From assembly GCA_030640025.1 (NCBI GenBank), contig DAOWKC010000002.1:506995-570994 (forward strand): DNA of 64,000 nt. Reading direction: 5' to 3'. The notes below the pieces were generated by a model. It was not told where the DNA came from. It worked only from the letters and a program-made list of their open reading frames with translations, and ran no database searches. Shown here piece after piece: positions 10,501 to 19,408 of this stretch. Position 1 is the first letter of the stretch. Each line of letters starts with the position of its first letter. Origin of the DNA: Candidatus Woesearchaeota archaeon (GTDB lineage Archaea > Nanobdellota > Nanobdellia > Woesearchaeales > JAGLXL01). Made by a program: the position numbers and the translations under genes.

Positions 10501-12601
10501 ACAAACAGCCTGCTTGACTGGAATTGTAGAGAGGTTAAGGTTAGTCAAGAGTATTTTAGTTGGAATGGATAATTGTTTAATGCAGATACAGACAACTGGC
10601 AAGGCTGATTCAGGAGTCTGCAAGGAATTGTTTACGCAGTATGTCTGTAATTTAGTTTATGAAGTTTTTGTCTTGTTCCAGGATAAATGCACGCCAACTG
10701 ATATTTCCAAGAAAAGTGAAAAGGATGTTTTAGGAATAAAAAGATTTTTCAAAACCGGGTCTGGTGCAATTACTGAGAGCCTGGATGATATGGGTTCAGA
10801 GCTTTCTGAAGACTATGGCAATGCCCAGTTAAATGTTTTTTTAGAAGGCGGCAGCAGAACTTTGATGAAAAAAGTTTGTCTGGCATCATTTGGCTATGAT
10901 GTTGGATTTGATATCAATGCCTTTCTTGATTCAGCTTATTCAGTGCCTTTCAAAACTTCAGCTTCAGTATTTTCCAATTTAGGGCCTAAAGGCCGGAGAG
11001 AATATTTAGGATTTGATCCAACTAATTTGAATTCAATGTATGAATACAGAGCTGCCTGGGCGATTTTCCCTGGCTGTGACTTAGAAAGCTATTCAGTTGA
11101 TTTGGTGGCAGTGACTGAGGCTGAGAGGAGAAAATATAATTTAGACTGCTCAGCTGTCAATAACCAAGAGCCTGGTTCAGGAGGCTGTGATAATTTAAGA
11201 GGAAGTTCAGAAAAAATCAGGCCGTTCTTTGTGGGCGGCAGTATATCTCAGGGACAGTATATTGATGATAATGATGCTGAAGTTGTTTCAGATATTTACC
11301 GTTATGACCATATGAAGATTACTTTGAATTTAAATCCTGATTGGGATGCAGAAAAATGCTTTGAGTCTACAAATAGAGAAGGCAATCAAGGAGTGTTTTA
11401 TTTCCCAATCCATGATTCAACAAACAGAGATATTCTCCAATGTTCTGTTTCATTGGCAGACGGTAGGTTTATGTGCCTTGGTTTTGGGCTGGACACTGCT
11501 TTGAAAGCCTGGATAGAAGATGTTGATTGTGAAGATCCTTTGACAGGAGACTGGAAGAATTGCGACAGGGTTGTCTATGCAGCCACACCAACTGATAATA
11601 AGGATGACAAATTAAAGGTTCGGGCAAAAATCTTTAGTTCTGGCGAGAAATTATGTTTGAAAAGTTATGTGCAGACTGCTTATGCTGGGGATTATCCAGT
11701 TGGTCAGAGCTGGTGGTGGGAAATAATTGGTTTGAATATGCCGAGAACAGTGCCAGTTGAGATGGAATTAATCTCCAGGATTGACAGTGCTAAATTTGGA
11801 GGGACTTCTGTCCAGTTTAGTTTGAAGCCAAGCGGTTCTTTGTCAATGAATGTTGACAGTGCGCCAGCAGCAGCTGTTCAGCCCTTTGAAATTGAATTTG
11901 GAACAAAAACAAGGAAAGGGGTGAAGGTTGATACAAATATTGAATATTATCGGGTTAGGGGGACAGCAGGTTTTAGGGACTGGACAGCAGTTGGAATAGA
12001 CGAGATATTAACTGACCCAACTGGTAATTTTAAATTTACAGTAAACCGGGTTTCATTGAATTATTCAAAAATTAAGTTTGGAGATTATTACAATACTACT
12101 GCAGTGGTGATTTCTCCAGTGACCACTGGAAGTTATGCTGACCAGACCTGGAAATTGTTTTTGGAACTTTACAGGCCGGATAATACTGGACAGTGTGTAA
12201 CTAGCGGCGTGAGCAAGATATCAACAGCACCTGGCCTGGCCTTTAAGACTGAAACACAAATACAAATTAAAGTTGTTCGGGAAAGATTTTTGTCAATTGA
12301 ACAGTCTTCATTTACTCAAGGCAAGGCAAATTTTAATGCTAAGAATTATAAAGTGGCAGCAGACCATTTTGAAAATGTGATGAGTCAGCCATCCCAGACT
12401 CGAGAAGGTGCTTTGTCTTTTTACTGGTATGCGGCAGCCAAGATATTGGATGGAAAACCTGGCTATGGGCGGGATGTTTTGGCCTGGATACAGATTTACA
12501 AGCACAAAAAAAGCCAGGGATTTTACACCAGTATTGAACATCTGCCGGAATATAAAATGGCTGATGCTTATCTCTTGAAAATAGAAGAAAAGTTGAAATG
12601 A
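7580..12601 (+). CDS. Giant secreted protein (1673 aa): Ig-like repeats, Cys-rich domains, C-terminal TPR-like helices
   Basis: Signal peptide; ITGTTEAG/DPAGN/GKTEPGA Ig-like motifs; many Cys; AADHFENV TPR-like end. Confidence 0.75.
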   Translation: MMVKKLATVFCLILLVLMPMVYAQGTGTTLSPVIEVLLPNFYNQARIDITGTTEAGTDIRLFVNDQLIRTTITSTESFTFNSVTLNPNANNIIRIDGYLNNNFNSRTYNVFVDLVDPEIHLANPLPAVLDVTSLTIDGLMTEAVDFEILLNDEDVYNLSQATSFNYLANFPEGANNLKFIAVDPAGNQVTDEYTINIDTQPPTLTDVSPLEDSPFYYEGRAIDDVTGKTEPGARVYMFVVSSSVRDLGDLTAARIEELAQYRVTADSNGDFRFDDVDFEHPLPTVESLAPQQVSPSQQGVAVQGLQTDDRAVKIYMVVKDQVGLTAQQMYTVNLGSCFSGSFDFTITAPIEYQTPALLSPSRLEEGTEIITFVLGLEYRGRAARNRANYTDPNPDNYWEIDSVRVEPACRSDLFLDREPSYKYACQIMGRTPNIQQQIDLAKSNWYFRYNLGATSQFTNASEEFWESFKDNEMKFPLQVIVTYNEKLPGKDLVSKTQTVCREVAYFVDIPVDPKKVLPDWMLLQGRRDINNTIHAIDKVIEPLDKAIRYIGLTCLGGAALRFALQVVRRFQQTWAIQSCKLEAAQSTGSSKPYICYIENKEILEKCYYITKSGKKPIPTDDVSKEALSCPVEAPLQEGVTVDAEAADPSKPANLANSQNAKHFSGVSGTWNSEGTLYTLYRYVCDRTFCHAAPAKWTQKESVALIRQQKYKERMCSPDSSTARFLTPIDNCYETHSKQGNLALDVTKAQIPQNRCYALGNELYVVNKDNKNELLRVDKQAGGLTRRKKISAVQKGNTFYTSDDRTCSQACNEKGGEGWDAQCFTGPKAIPKAQQGLWYHYGPTTDCFLITGECYCKQAQEKKWDEEKKQYKTWVAGLEEGGEVKYYAPPLEGGILSDQPQPLEPLEEAGEWPWSYRQWQIYRTSNGQRGVYYPPERYYSGRDQSAAFGMNYLPDLIFGTRTTEVNPFTQHIGAIQTACLTGIVERLRLVKSILVGMDNCLMQIQTTGKADSGVCKELFTQYVCNLVYEVFVLFQDKCTPTDISKKSEKDVLGIKRFFKTGSGAITESLDDMGSELSEDYGNAQLNVFLEGGSRTLMKKVCLASFGYDVGFDINAFLDSAYSVPFKTSASVFSNLGPKGRREYLGFDPTNLNSMYEYRAAWAIFPGCDLESYSVDLVAVTEAERRKYNLDCSAVNNQEPGSGGCDNLRGSSEKIRPFFVGGSISQGQYIDDNDAEVVSDIYRYDHMKITLNLNPDWDAEKCFESTNREGNQGVFYFPIHDSTNRDILQCSVSLADGRFMCLGFGLDTALKAWIEDVDCEDPLTGDWKNCDRVVYAATPTDNKDDKLKVRAKIFSSGEKLCLKSYVQTAYAGDYPVGQSWWWEIIGLNMPRTVPVEMELISRIDSAKFGGTSVQFSLKPSGSLSMNVDSAPAAAVQPFEIEFGTKTRKGVKVDTNIEYYRVRGTAGFRDWTAVGIDEILTDPTGNFKFTVNRVSLNYSKIKFGDYYNTTAVVISPVTTGSYADQTWKLFLELYRPDNTGQCVTSGVSKISTAPGLAFKTETQIQIKVVRERFLSIEQSSFTQGKANFNAKNYKVAADHFENVMSQPSQTREGALSFYWYAAAKILDGKPGYGRDVLAWIQIYKHKKSQGFYTSIEHLPEYKMADAYLLKIEEKLK

Positions 12602-12659
12602 AGAAGAAGATAATGATTGGACTGTGGATGACTTTGGTGTTAAAATCAAAAAGTTTATA

Positions 12660-12704
12660 TAGTAAAAATACACCAGTTGTAGTAAAAATACAACATCTGG
12701 TGTA
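12660..12704. promoter_or_regulatory. Candidate autoregulatory operator of MNT-HEPN module
   Basis: Direct repeat TAGTAAAAATACA (12660, 12680) and inverted repeat TACACCAG...CTGGTGTA just downstream of TTTATAT box. Confidence 0.45.
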
Positions 12705-12707
12705 AAA

Positions 12708-13232
12708 ATGATACAGTTAATTGAGCGATGCAGTTTGTTGAGGGTTTTGGATGTTTTTTTCCAAGATCCTCATAAAAACTACCAGGTCAGAGAAATAGGC
12801 AGAATTATCAAGTTAGATCACAAATCAGTGCTGATATATTTAAAAAAATTAAAACAAATGAAACTGGTCAAAATCGATACCACTACTTTGTATAAAAGCT
12901 ACAGGGCTGATATCAATGAGGATTTTAAAAAAATAAAGATGGCCTTTAATGTTATAAAATTACAAGAATCCGGACTGCTCGATTATTTGTTTGAAAGGGC
13001 ACTGCCTAAAGCAGTTGTTCTTTATGGCAGCTATGCAAAAGGGATTGATGGGTCAAAGAGTGATATAGATTTATATATTGACTCGCCGGAGAAAAAACTC
13101 GAATTGGTTAAATTCGAAAAAAAAATGGGCAGGAAAATACACCTTCTTTTTGAAGGGAAAATGAGCAAAGAGCTAAAAAATAATTTAATTAATGGGATTG
13201 TACTTAAGGGGAATTTGAGGTTGCTGGCATGA
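12708..13232 (+). CDS. wHTH plus minimal nucleotidyltransferase (MNT antitoxin)
   Basis: N-terminal HTH; GSYAKG..SDIDL pol-beta motif. Confidence 0.85.
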   Translation: MIQLIERCSLLRVLDVFFQDPHKNYQVREIGRIIKLDHKSVLIYLKKLKQMKLVKIDTTTLYKSYRADINEDFKKIKMAFNVIKLQESGLLDYLFERALPKAVVLYGSYAKGIDGSKSDIDLYIDSPEKKLELVKFEKKMGRKIHLLFEGKMSKELKNNLINGIVLKGNLRLLA

Positions 13233-13241
13233 AAGATACTG

Positions 13242-13729
13242 GTGATGATTTTGAAAGATTTTGAGAGCTGTAAAAAAGAGGGAATTGTGATTGAAGATGA
13301 AAGAGATATAGACAGAGCTAAGAATCTTTTGGAAAAAGCAATGCTAAGGAAGGAATTTTGGTCAAAGTCGTATAATAAAAAATATGATTTTTTAATTGTT
13401 GAAGGGTATTATGAAGTTATTAAAGAATTATTAACTGCTTTAGTTAATTTGAAGGGGTTTAAATCCTCTAATCATGAATGTTTGGTTGCCTTTTTCAATG
13501 AAACATTTGAAAAATATGCTTATGAAGCAGAAATAATAGATACTCTAAGAAGAGTAAGGAATGCGATTGATTATCGGGGAGTTTACAGCGATGAAAATTA
13601 TTTGAAAAACAATAAATTAGAATTTGAACACACGAAAAAATGAAAGACATTTTTTGTGTCCTGAAAATCTTTGATTTTCATGATATCATTGACTTGTTAA
13701 TAAAATTAGTTAAAAAAGAATTAAAATGA
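13242..13729 (+). pseudogene. HEPN-domain protein, C-terminus cut off by a 53-nt hairpin insertion (ORF now stops at 13643)
   Basis: HEPN-like YYE.., NHEC, RRVRNAIDY; removing 13632-13684 restores ...LEFEH-IIDLLIKLVKKELK* ending in ATGA overlap with 13726. Confidence 0.75.
13628..13686. mobile_element. Double-hairpin insertion inside HEPN gene
   Basis: ACAC-AAAAAATG..CATTTTTT-GTGTC-TGAAAATC TTT GATTTTCA-GATAT. Confidence 0.7.
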
Positions 13730-15153
13730 AAAGAAAATTAATGATTGGACTGTGGATGATTTTATTATTTTCATTAGCTGTTATGGCCCAGTCTGAGTGC
13801 AGTGAATGCGTGGCGATTGACAATGCCTGGGATAAGGTTAAAGTTAAGTTAAAATTACCACCCGGCCAGAATTTTTATGATCCGATATTAGGAAAATGGG
13901 TTCCAGCAAGCAGATATTTGACTGGTGTAATCCAAGGAGAGTTTGTGCTTCGAGAAGCTGGCGTGAAAAGGTTTTTGGATGGGATTTTACCTGGAGCTCA
14001 AACACTTCAACAAAAAGGTTGTATACTTGGAGGAATTGAACAAAGAACTTGGGAGAGACGAAGTGTTGGTGGACTTGAGTGGTCTCCAACTCCGGCTTGG
14101 ACATTTTTTGATTCGGAAGGTTTGGCAGCTGTGATTGTTGATAGAATAACCAATAAAGGTCAAAAATTAATTTTACCTGGTGAAAAAAAGGATTATGATA
14201 ATAACGATGTTTATCGAGAAGGCTGTATCTATTCAGTTTTACAGGCTATGGAGCCGGGCATGAAGGTTATTGTGAACGGCGTTACTTTTGAAAAAAGCCA
14301 AGAAGTAAAAGACGGGAATGTGACATCAATATTTATTTCTCTTAATCAAGCCAGGAATTTAAATGAAATGACAACTGATATTATAAACTTGGGCAGGGAT
14401 GTAGAAATCAATCCTGAGTATATTGAACCTGAAAAACTTGAGTTAATAATCTTTTCTCCAAGAGATGGAGAGGTAACTGGTTTGGCAGTTGAATTTAGAG
14501 CAGATGCAAGAGGCGGTAAGCCGCCATACGAATTTAAATGGGTGGGTCCTGCTATTGGTTCAGGAGTTATTGGTCCAGGAGTTGTGACAAATATTGAAGG
14601 CAGGTGGTCCCAAACTTTTGGCACTCAACCAAAGTTTAATGAATCAGATGGAGTGCAGTTTACTTTAACTGTAACAGATAGTAATATGGACACAGCATCA
14701 GATTCATTGACTTTTTCTCCAAGGACAAGGAATTCTTATGAGCTAATTTTGTATGATGGATCTTCTTTACCTGTGACAATGTGGGATAAGAAATTTAAGT
14801 TTATTGATGGCAAGTGGAAATGGACTTACACAGACTCAGATGATTTTAAGCCATTGATCAATAAGAGTGTGACTGGAAGGATTAATCTAGCTGATTTAAG
14901 GGAGGTTCTGTCTGATAAACAGAGAATGATTGCTGGTATAAGGTGGTGGGATGGGATTTTTAATTTAATGGAACAATTGGAGACTAGTTATGTTGATGGA
15001 ATTGAAGTTTTAGTTTTGGCTGCAAATGACAACAAGAATAATCCAGGTGTTTCTGACCCAGAATTGCTTCTCAAAAGACCTGATAGAGACTATACTTATG
15101 AATGCTGTGAGATAGATTTAGCGACAATAGAGCGGGCAGCAAGAAAAGATTGA
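13726..15153 (+). CDS. Secreted protein with PKD/Ig-like domain
   Basis: Signal peptide; GGKPPYEFKW...TLTVTDS PKD-like motif. Confidence 0.7.
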   Translation: MKRKLMIGLWMILLFSLAVMAQSECSECVAIDNAWDKVKVKLKLPPGQNFYDPILGKWVPASRYLTGVIQGEFVLREAGVKRFLDGILPGAQTLQQKGCILGGIEQRTWERRSVGGLEWSPTPAWTFFDSEGLAAVIVDRITNKGQKLILPGEKKDYDNNDVYREGCIYSVLQAMEPGMKVIVNGVTFEKSQEVKDGNVTSIFISLNQARNLNEMTTDIINLGRDVEINPEYIEPEKLELIIFSPRDGEVTGLAVEFRADARGGKPPYEFKWVGPAIGSGVIGPGVVTNIEGRWSQTFGTQPKFNESDGVQFTLTVTDSNMDTASDSLTFSPRTRNSYELILYDGSSLPVTMWDKKFKFIDGKWKWTYTDSDDFKPLINKSVTGRINLADLREVLSDKQRMIAGIRWWDGIFNLMEQLETSYVDGIEVLVLAANDNKNNPGVSDPELLLKRPDRDYTYECCEIDLATIERAARKD

Positions 15154-15243
15154 TTCTTTATTTTTTTTCGAATTTTTGATATTTGAACAAGGCGCGTTTT
15201 CCTGGGTGAAATATAGAAAAATCTTGGTCTATTTTAAATCTTA

Positions 15244-16953
15244 TCAATTCATCTTCTGAACTTTTAGAATTGGATTGTATTCCCATTCAGAAGGGTTAGT
15301 GTCTTTGAATCCTGAAAAAGTGACTTTATATTTATTCCCTTGGTTGGTTTTGACGCCAACAGATTCGTTTAAATGTAGAAAGATGGATCTAAGTCCATGT
15401 GGGCTTCGATAGTTTATTAGTTCAACCTGTTCTGAAGACAGTTTTTCTCCTTTTGGAAGAAAAAATTTTGAACCTGATTTTGCGTTATCTATCCAGAGTT
15501 GTTTTCTGCTTCCATCATCGTACCACCCACCGTGACATAATACATCTGCGCCTTGACTGGTAGCATTTTCTTCTCCACAACCAACTATTGTCTGTTCTTT
15601 TTCGAAGTCAATGTAAAGAGTTTGCGACCCCGTATAAGTGACTGTAGTATCTAAAACTGGTTTAGAGGTTCTTTGGGGCTCGGTTTGAGCTTGTGGTCGA
15701 CTTCTTTTCCTTCTATCATAATCATCATTAATTGTTTGTAAAAGAGATTTCTTTGTAGGTAATAATTTAGGGGCAATTAAAATTCCGCCTGCAGTAAAGA
15801 CAGCAGTGACCAGAGCAACTATTCCAATATATTTGAGTGTTTTTGGTATGCTTGGTTTTTCTGGTGGTTGGTAATTATTTTTTTGTTTTTCTTTATAGTG
15901 AGCTTCTTTGACAGTTTCATCGCCATCAGCAACAATCCTGATCCAATTTGAGTCAACAGCTTTTTTTAAATAAGTTGAACTTTCATAATCTTCCAGCGAA
16001 ATCTTTACTTTTTCCTTTGGTTGAACAGTCAAATTTAAATTTGGGATTTTGAACGGATTAGGCGTATCATTAATAAGGTAAACTTCTTTTTTAATAGAAG
16101 TTTTTTCTAATTCTCCATCTAAAAAAGTATTTTTTTTAGAAACATCAAAAATACCCTGTAAATTCTGCTCTTTTTTTTCTGTAACATTTGGTTTGGCTTC
16201 AACTGCTAATGAAACAGCAGAACCTTTGACAGCTTTTTCTAAATCTAATTTAAAATCACTAAATGACTGATAACGTTCTTCTGGCTTGGTTTCAGTGGCT
16301 TTGAATAAAACTTTATCTAATTCTTTGTTGCCAGTTGATTTGTGAGAGCCAGATCTTAATTTTTGGCCAATAAATATTTCATAAAGAACAGCACCAAAAG
16401 AAAAAATATCAGATTGGTGAGTGGCTTCCTGGCCATCCATGACTTCTGGAGCCATGTAAAAGAATGAACCTTCGATGCCATTTCTTTGGCTTTTTTCGAA
16501 AGATAAATCCAGATCTTCTTTATTTTGAGCCAAACCAAAATCAATTAATTTAACTTGATTGTCAGAGGTAAGCATGATATTTGAAGGTTTGATATCTTTA
16601 TGGACAACACCTCTTTCTTGAGCATGGACTAAAGCTTCTAAAGCTTGGTGAGCAACTTGGACTTTTTGTTTCTGGTCAAGCTGAGGCAGTTTTATTTTAA
16701 GGTTGCTTTCAACAGCTTCGAGAATAATGTAAGGGATTTGGAAATCAGGGTCGCCGCCTTTGAGTTCAGCAATATGAGGATGTTTTCCTAATTTTTTATA
16801 AATCTCAAATTCGTCTTTAATTTTGCCTTCAAAACCTTCTAAAGCAGTCTTGACAGCAACTGATTCATCATTAAATTTTTGTATAGCTTTATTAACTCTA
16901 GAGAATCCTCCATGGCCGATTTCTTCTCCTACTTCATAACCTGGAATTTGCAT
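15244..16953 (-). CDS. Hanks-type Ser/Thr protein kinase with TM helix and C-terminal extracellular domain
   Basis: IGHGGFSRV, VAVK, HKDIKPSN, DFG, YMAPE, DIFSFG; central TM. Confidence 0.92.
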   Translation of the reverse strand: MQIPGYEVGEEIGHGGFSRVNKAIQKFNDESVAVKTALEGFEGKIKDEFEIYKKLGKHPHIAELKGGDPDFQIPYIILEAVESNLKIKLPQLDQKQKVQVAHQALEALVHAQERGVVHKDIKPSNIMLTSDNQVKLIDFGLAQNKEDLDLSFEKSQRNGIEGSFFYMAPEVMDGQEATHQSDIFSFGAVLYEIFIGQKLRSGSHKSTGNKELDKVLFKATETKPEERYQSFSDFKLDLEKAVKGSAVSLAVEAKPNVTEKKEQNLQGIFDVSKKNTFLDGELEKTSIKKEVYLINDTPNPFKIPNLNLTVQPKEKVKISLEDYESSTYLKKAVDSNWIRIVADGDETVKEAHYKEKQKNNYQPPEKPSIPKTLKYIGIVALVTAVFTAGGILIAPKLLPTKKSLLQTINDDYDRRKRSRPQAQTEPQRTSKPVLDTTVTYTGSQTLYIDFEKEQTIVGCGEENATSQGADVLCHGGWYDDGSRKQLWIDNAKSGSKFFLPKGEKLSSEQVELINYRSPHGLRSIFLHLNESVGVKTNQGNKYKVTFSGFKDTNPSEWEYNPILKVQKMN

Positions 16954-16966
16954 TTTAAGATTAAAC

Positions 16967-17236
16967 TTATTTTATATTGGCTGTTTGTTCTAATTTGGTG
17001 AGTCGAACTTGTCTAGCCTGATCTCTTTGATCAAGTCTGTGTTCTTGTAAAAGGTTACCTGTATATTCTCCAACAGCTCCTGTGAGAGTTATAGCACCAG
17101 CAAGAAATAAAGGCCAATAATCTTCAAAAAGATCTTTAATAATTCCACTAATTTTTTTAAAACTTTCTGCAATCTGTTCTCCAGTTACTTCTCTTTCTGG
17201 ATCATAAATTGTTCCGTTTTTATCTTCTTTATACAT
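16967..17236 (-). CDS. Small membrane protein upstream of kinase
   Basis: 89-aa ORF with one hydrophobic segment; TATA upstream. Confidence 0.6.
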   Translation of the reverse strand: MYKEDKNGTIYDPEREVTGEQIAESFKKISGIIKDLFEDYWPLFLAGAITLTGAVGEYTGNLLQEHRLDQRDQARQVRLTKLEQTANIK

Positions 17237-17250
17237 TTTAACTTAAAAAA

Positions 17251-17277
17251 GATTTACTCATTTATAAATGTTTCGGT
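17251..17277 (-). promoter_or_regulatory. BRE-TATA promoter, near-leaderless; 18 bp identical to 37205-37222
   Basis: Minus strand ACCGAAACA-TTTATAAA-TGAGTAAATC; TATA about 25 nt before ATG 17236. Confidence 0.65.
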
Positions 17278-17347
17278 ATTAACCACTTGGAAGTGACAAT
17301 TAAATCAAAGCAAAATGTTTATTAATAAAGCTTGATTTTAATCAGGT

Positions 17348-18127
17348 ATGTTTAATGCTTTTAAAAAGAGTTGGTTGGTGGTCAAGAAAAACAAGTGGTT
17401 ATTTGGCTTGATTTTCCTAATCCAGATTGTTTTTATTATTGCTTTTTTTATGGTGCAGTTGAAATATCAAGTGGCGATGGTGGAGAACCTGAACAATATT
17501 TTACAGCCTTTGGAAGAAGCTAATTATAACGAAGAGGAATTAAAGCAAGGGGTGCCTTTTTTAGAAGATTTGACCGGTGTGCTTAACAGTTGGGAGGATT
17601 TGAAAAAGAATCTGATGTATTTGATGGTGTTTTCTTTTTTAGTGGTGGCTGTTTTTAGCGGCTGGGGCTGGAGTTTGACTCACTATATGGTCAAGAAAAA
17701 TAATATTTTGAAATTATGGGGCAAATTTGTCTTGTTAGCGGCTGGGTTTTTTATTCCTTTTTTGATTGTTATTTCTTTACTGCTGGGAACAATGTTTTTC
17801 CAAGACAATCCAATAGCTGCTGCACAGGCGGCGATTGTGTTAGGAGCTGTTTTTAGTTATTTTGCTTTGGCAAGTTTTGGATTAATGGATTTGAAATGGA
17901 AGAAATTATTTAAGAAGGTTTTTTGGGAAATCGGCATTAAAAAATTTTATTGGGTCTTGCTGGTTTATTTGATTATTGGAGTGGTTTTGTTTTTGTTGGG
18001 TTATTTGATGTATTATGCTGTTAATTTTTGGCCAATGGGTTTAGTGGTTTTGTTTATTATCTTGTTTGTTTTGGCAATGGTTTTTGGGAGAATATTGTTG
18101 ATAAATTCTTTAAGAGAAATCGCCTAG
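17348..18127 (+). CDS. Polytopic membrane protein
   Basis: About 6 TM segments. Confidence 0.7.
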   Translation: MFNAFKKSWLVVKKNKWLFGLIFLIQIVFIIAFFMVQLKYQVAMVENLNNILQPLEEANYNEEELKQGVPFLEDLTGVLNSWEDLKKNLMYLMVFSFLVVAVFSGWGWSLTHYMVKKNNILKLWGKFVLLAAGFFIPFLIVISLLLGTMFFQDNPIAAAQAAIVLGAVFSYFALASFGLMDLKWKKLFKKVFWEIGIKKFYWVLLVYLIIGVVLFLLGYLMYYAVNFWPMGLVVLFIILFVLAMVFGRILLINSLREIA

Positions 18128-19333
18128 TCTTTTTTGCAACTGTGCTTTGTCTAATTGGGGTTCGCCGTATTCGCCGTCATAGCCTGGTTTGATTTTAATT
18201 TGACCTAGTCTGTTTTTGATGATATTTTCGGCTAGTTTGGGATGGATGATGGTTTTTAATTTTTCCAGAGGGACATTTAAGAGAATATTGTATTCGTCTT
18301 TGAAGGCTTTGATAAGTTTCCAGTATTCTGTCCAGCAGGTTTTGGTGTTTAAGCCGAAACTGAAAGTGTTGGCGATGAGTTCTGTGAGAGGAAGGAGTCT
18401 TTTGAAAGGAATGGCATTTTGTGGTTTATATCCTTCTGGCCGGTCAGCAAGTTCTTCAATTCTGTTGAGAACACCGATAGTGAGTTCTTTTTTGCATTTA
18501 GGGCAAATCTTGTTGAGTTTGTTTGATTCTTTGGGTTCTAAGCAGACATGGCAGTTGCGGTGGCCGTCGAGATGATATTTTCCGTAGTTAGGATCGACTT
18601 CAATGGTTTCTTTGAAAGTTTTTTCCCGAATGTTTTTGATAATTTGCTCATAACTTAATTCATTTAAATCAAAGACAGTTGCTTCTCTGCCTAATCTCCA
18701 GGGCCAGTAAGAATGAAGGTCTGAGAATGACAAGAGAGCGAATTTGTCCATTTTGCTGTAGCGCCAGTTCATTTCTGGGTCAGATGAGAGACCGGTTTCA
18801 ATGGCGTGGATGTGTTTGACCTGGTCTTGAAAAGCTTGTTCTAAAGTATTGAAGCCGCCTTTGCTGCCTAAGACTCCAAACCAAGGAGTCCAGGCATGAG
18901 CCGGGATGATTTCAATGTCTTTTGAGATTGATTTGAGTTTTTCTGTGAAATCAATGCAGCTGATTCCAAAGATTGGACGGCCATCATAGTCTATTCTGCC
19001 TTTGGATTTGAGGTAATCAGTGATTTGGCTGACAACTTCATAATTTGGTGCGAAGACAAGGAGGTGAATTCTTCGACCTTTGTTGTCTTGAGTGTAGATT
19101 AATGATATTTCTGTCTGCCAAATAAATGGGAAGCCGGTTTTTGTTTTTAATATTCCATTTTGCTCTTCTAAGACTTTTAATTCTTTAATCCAGATAGGAT
19201 GGGTGAAGTCGCCTGTGCCAAGTAAGTGGACGCCTTTTAGTTTAGCCCATTTTTCTAAGTTTTGAAGATCTAAAGTAGGAGAAGTGGCTCTGGAGTATTT
19301 GGAATGGATATGGAGATCTGTTATTAGTTGCAT
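18110..19333 (-). CDS. Endonuclease Q family (PHP domain plus Zn finger)
   Basis: DLHIHSKYSRATS, GTGDFTHP, PAHAWTPW, ETGLSSDP, SDLHS, CxxC...CPKC, PGYDGEYG. Confidence 0.88.
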   Translation of the reverse strand: MQLITDLHIHSKYSRATSPTLDLQNLEKWAKLKGVHLLGTGDFTHPIWIKELKVLEEQNGILKTKTGFPFIWQTEISLIYTQDNKGRRIHLLVFAPNYEVVSQITDYLKSKGRIDYDGRPIFGISCIDFTEKLKSISKDIEIIPAHAWTPWFGVLGSKGGFNTLEQAFQDQVKHIHAIETGLSSDPEMNWRYSKMDKFALLSFSDLHSYWPWRLGREATVFDLNELSYEQIIKNIREKTFKETIEVDPNYGKYHLDGHRNCHVCLEPKESNKLNKICPKCKKELTIGVLNRIEELADRPEGYKPQNAIPFKRLLPLTELIANTFSFGLNTKTCWTEYWKLIKAFKDEYNILLNVPLEKLKTIIHPKLAENIIKNRLGQIKIKPGYDGEYGEPQLDKAQLQKRLGDFS

Positions 19334-19408
19334 TATTTTGTAGTTTGGGTCTGGATTATATTAAATTTACGATAAAGTTTAAAAAAGCAAGTGGTTTTTC
19401 AGTTAGAT

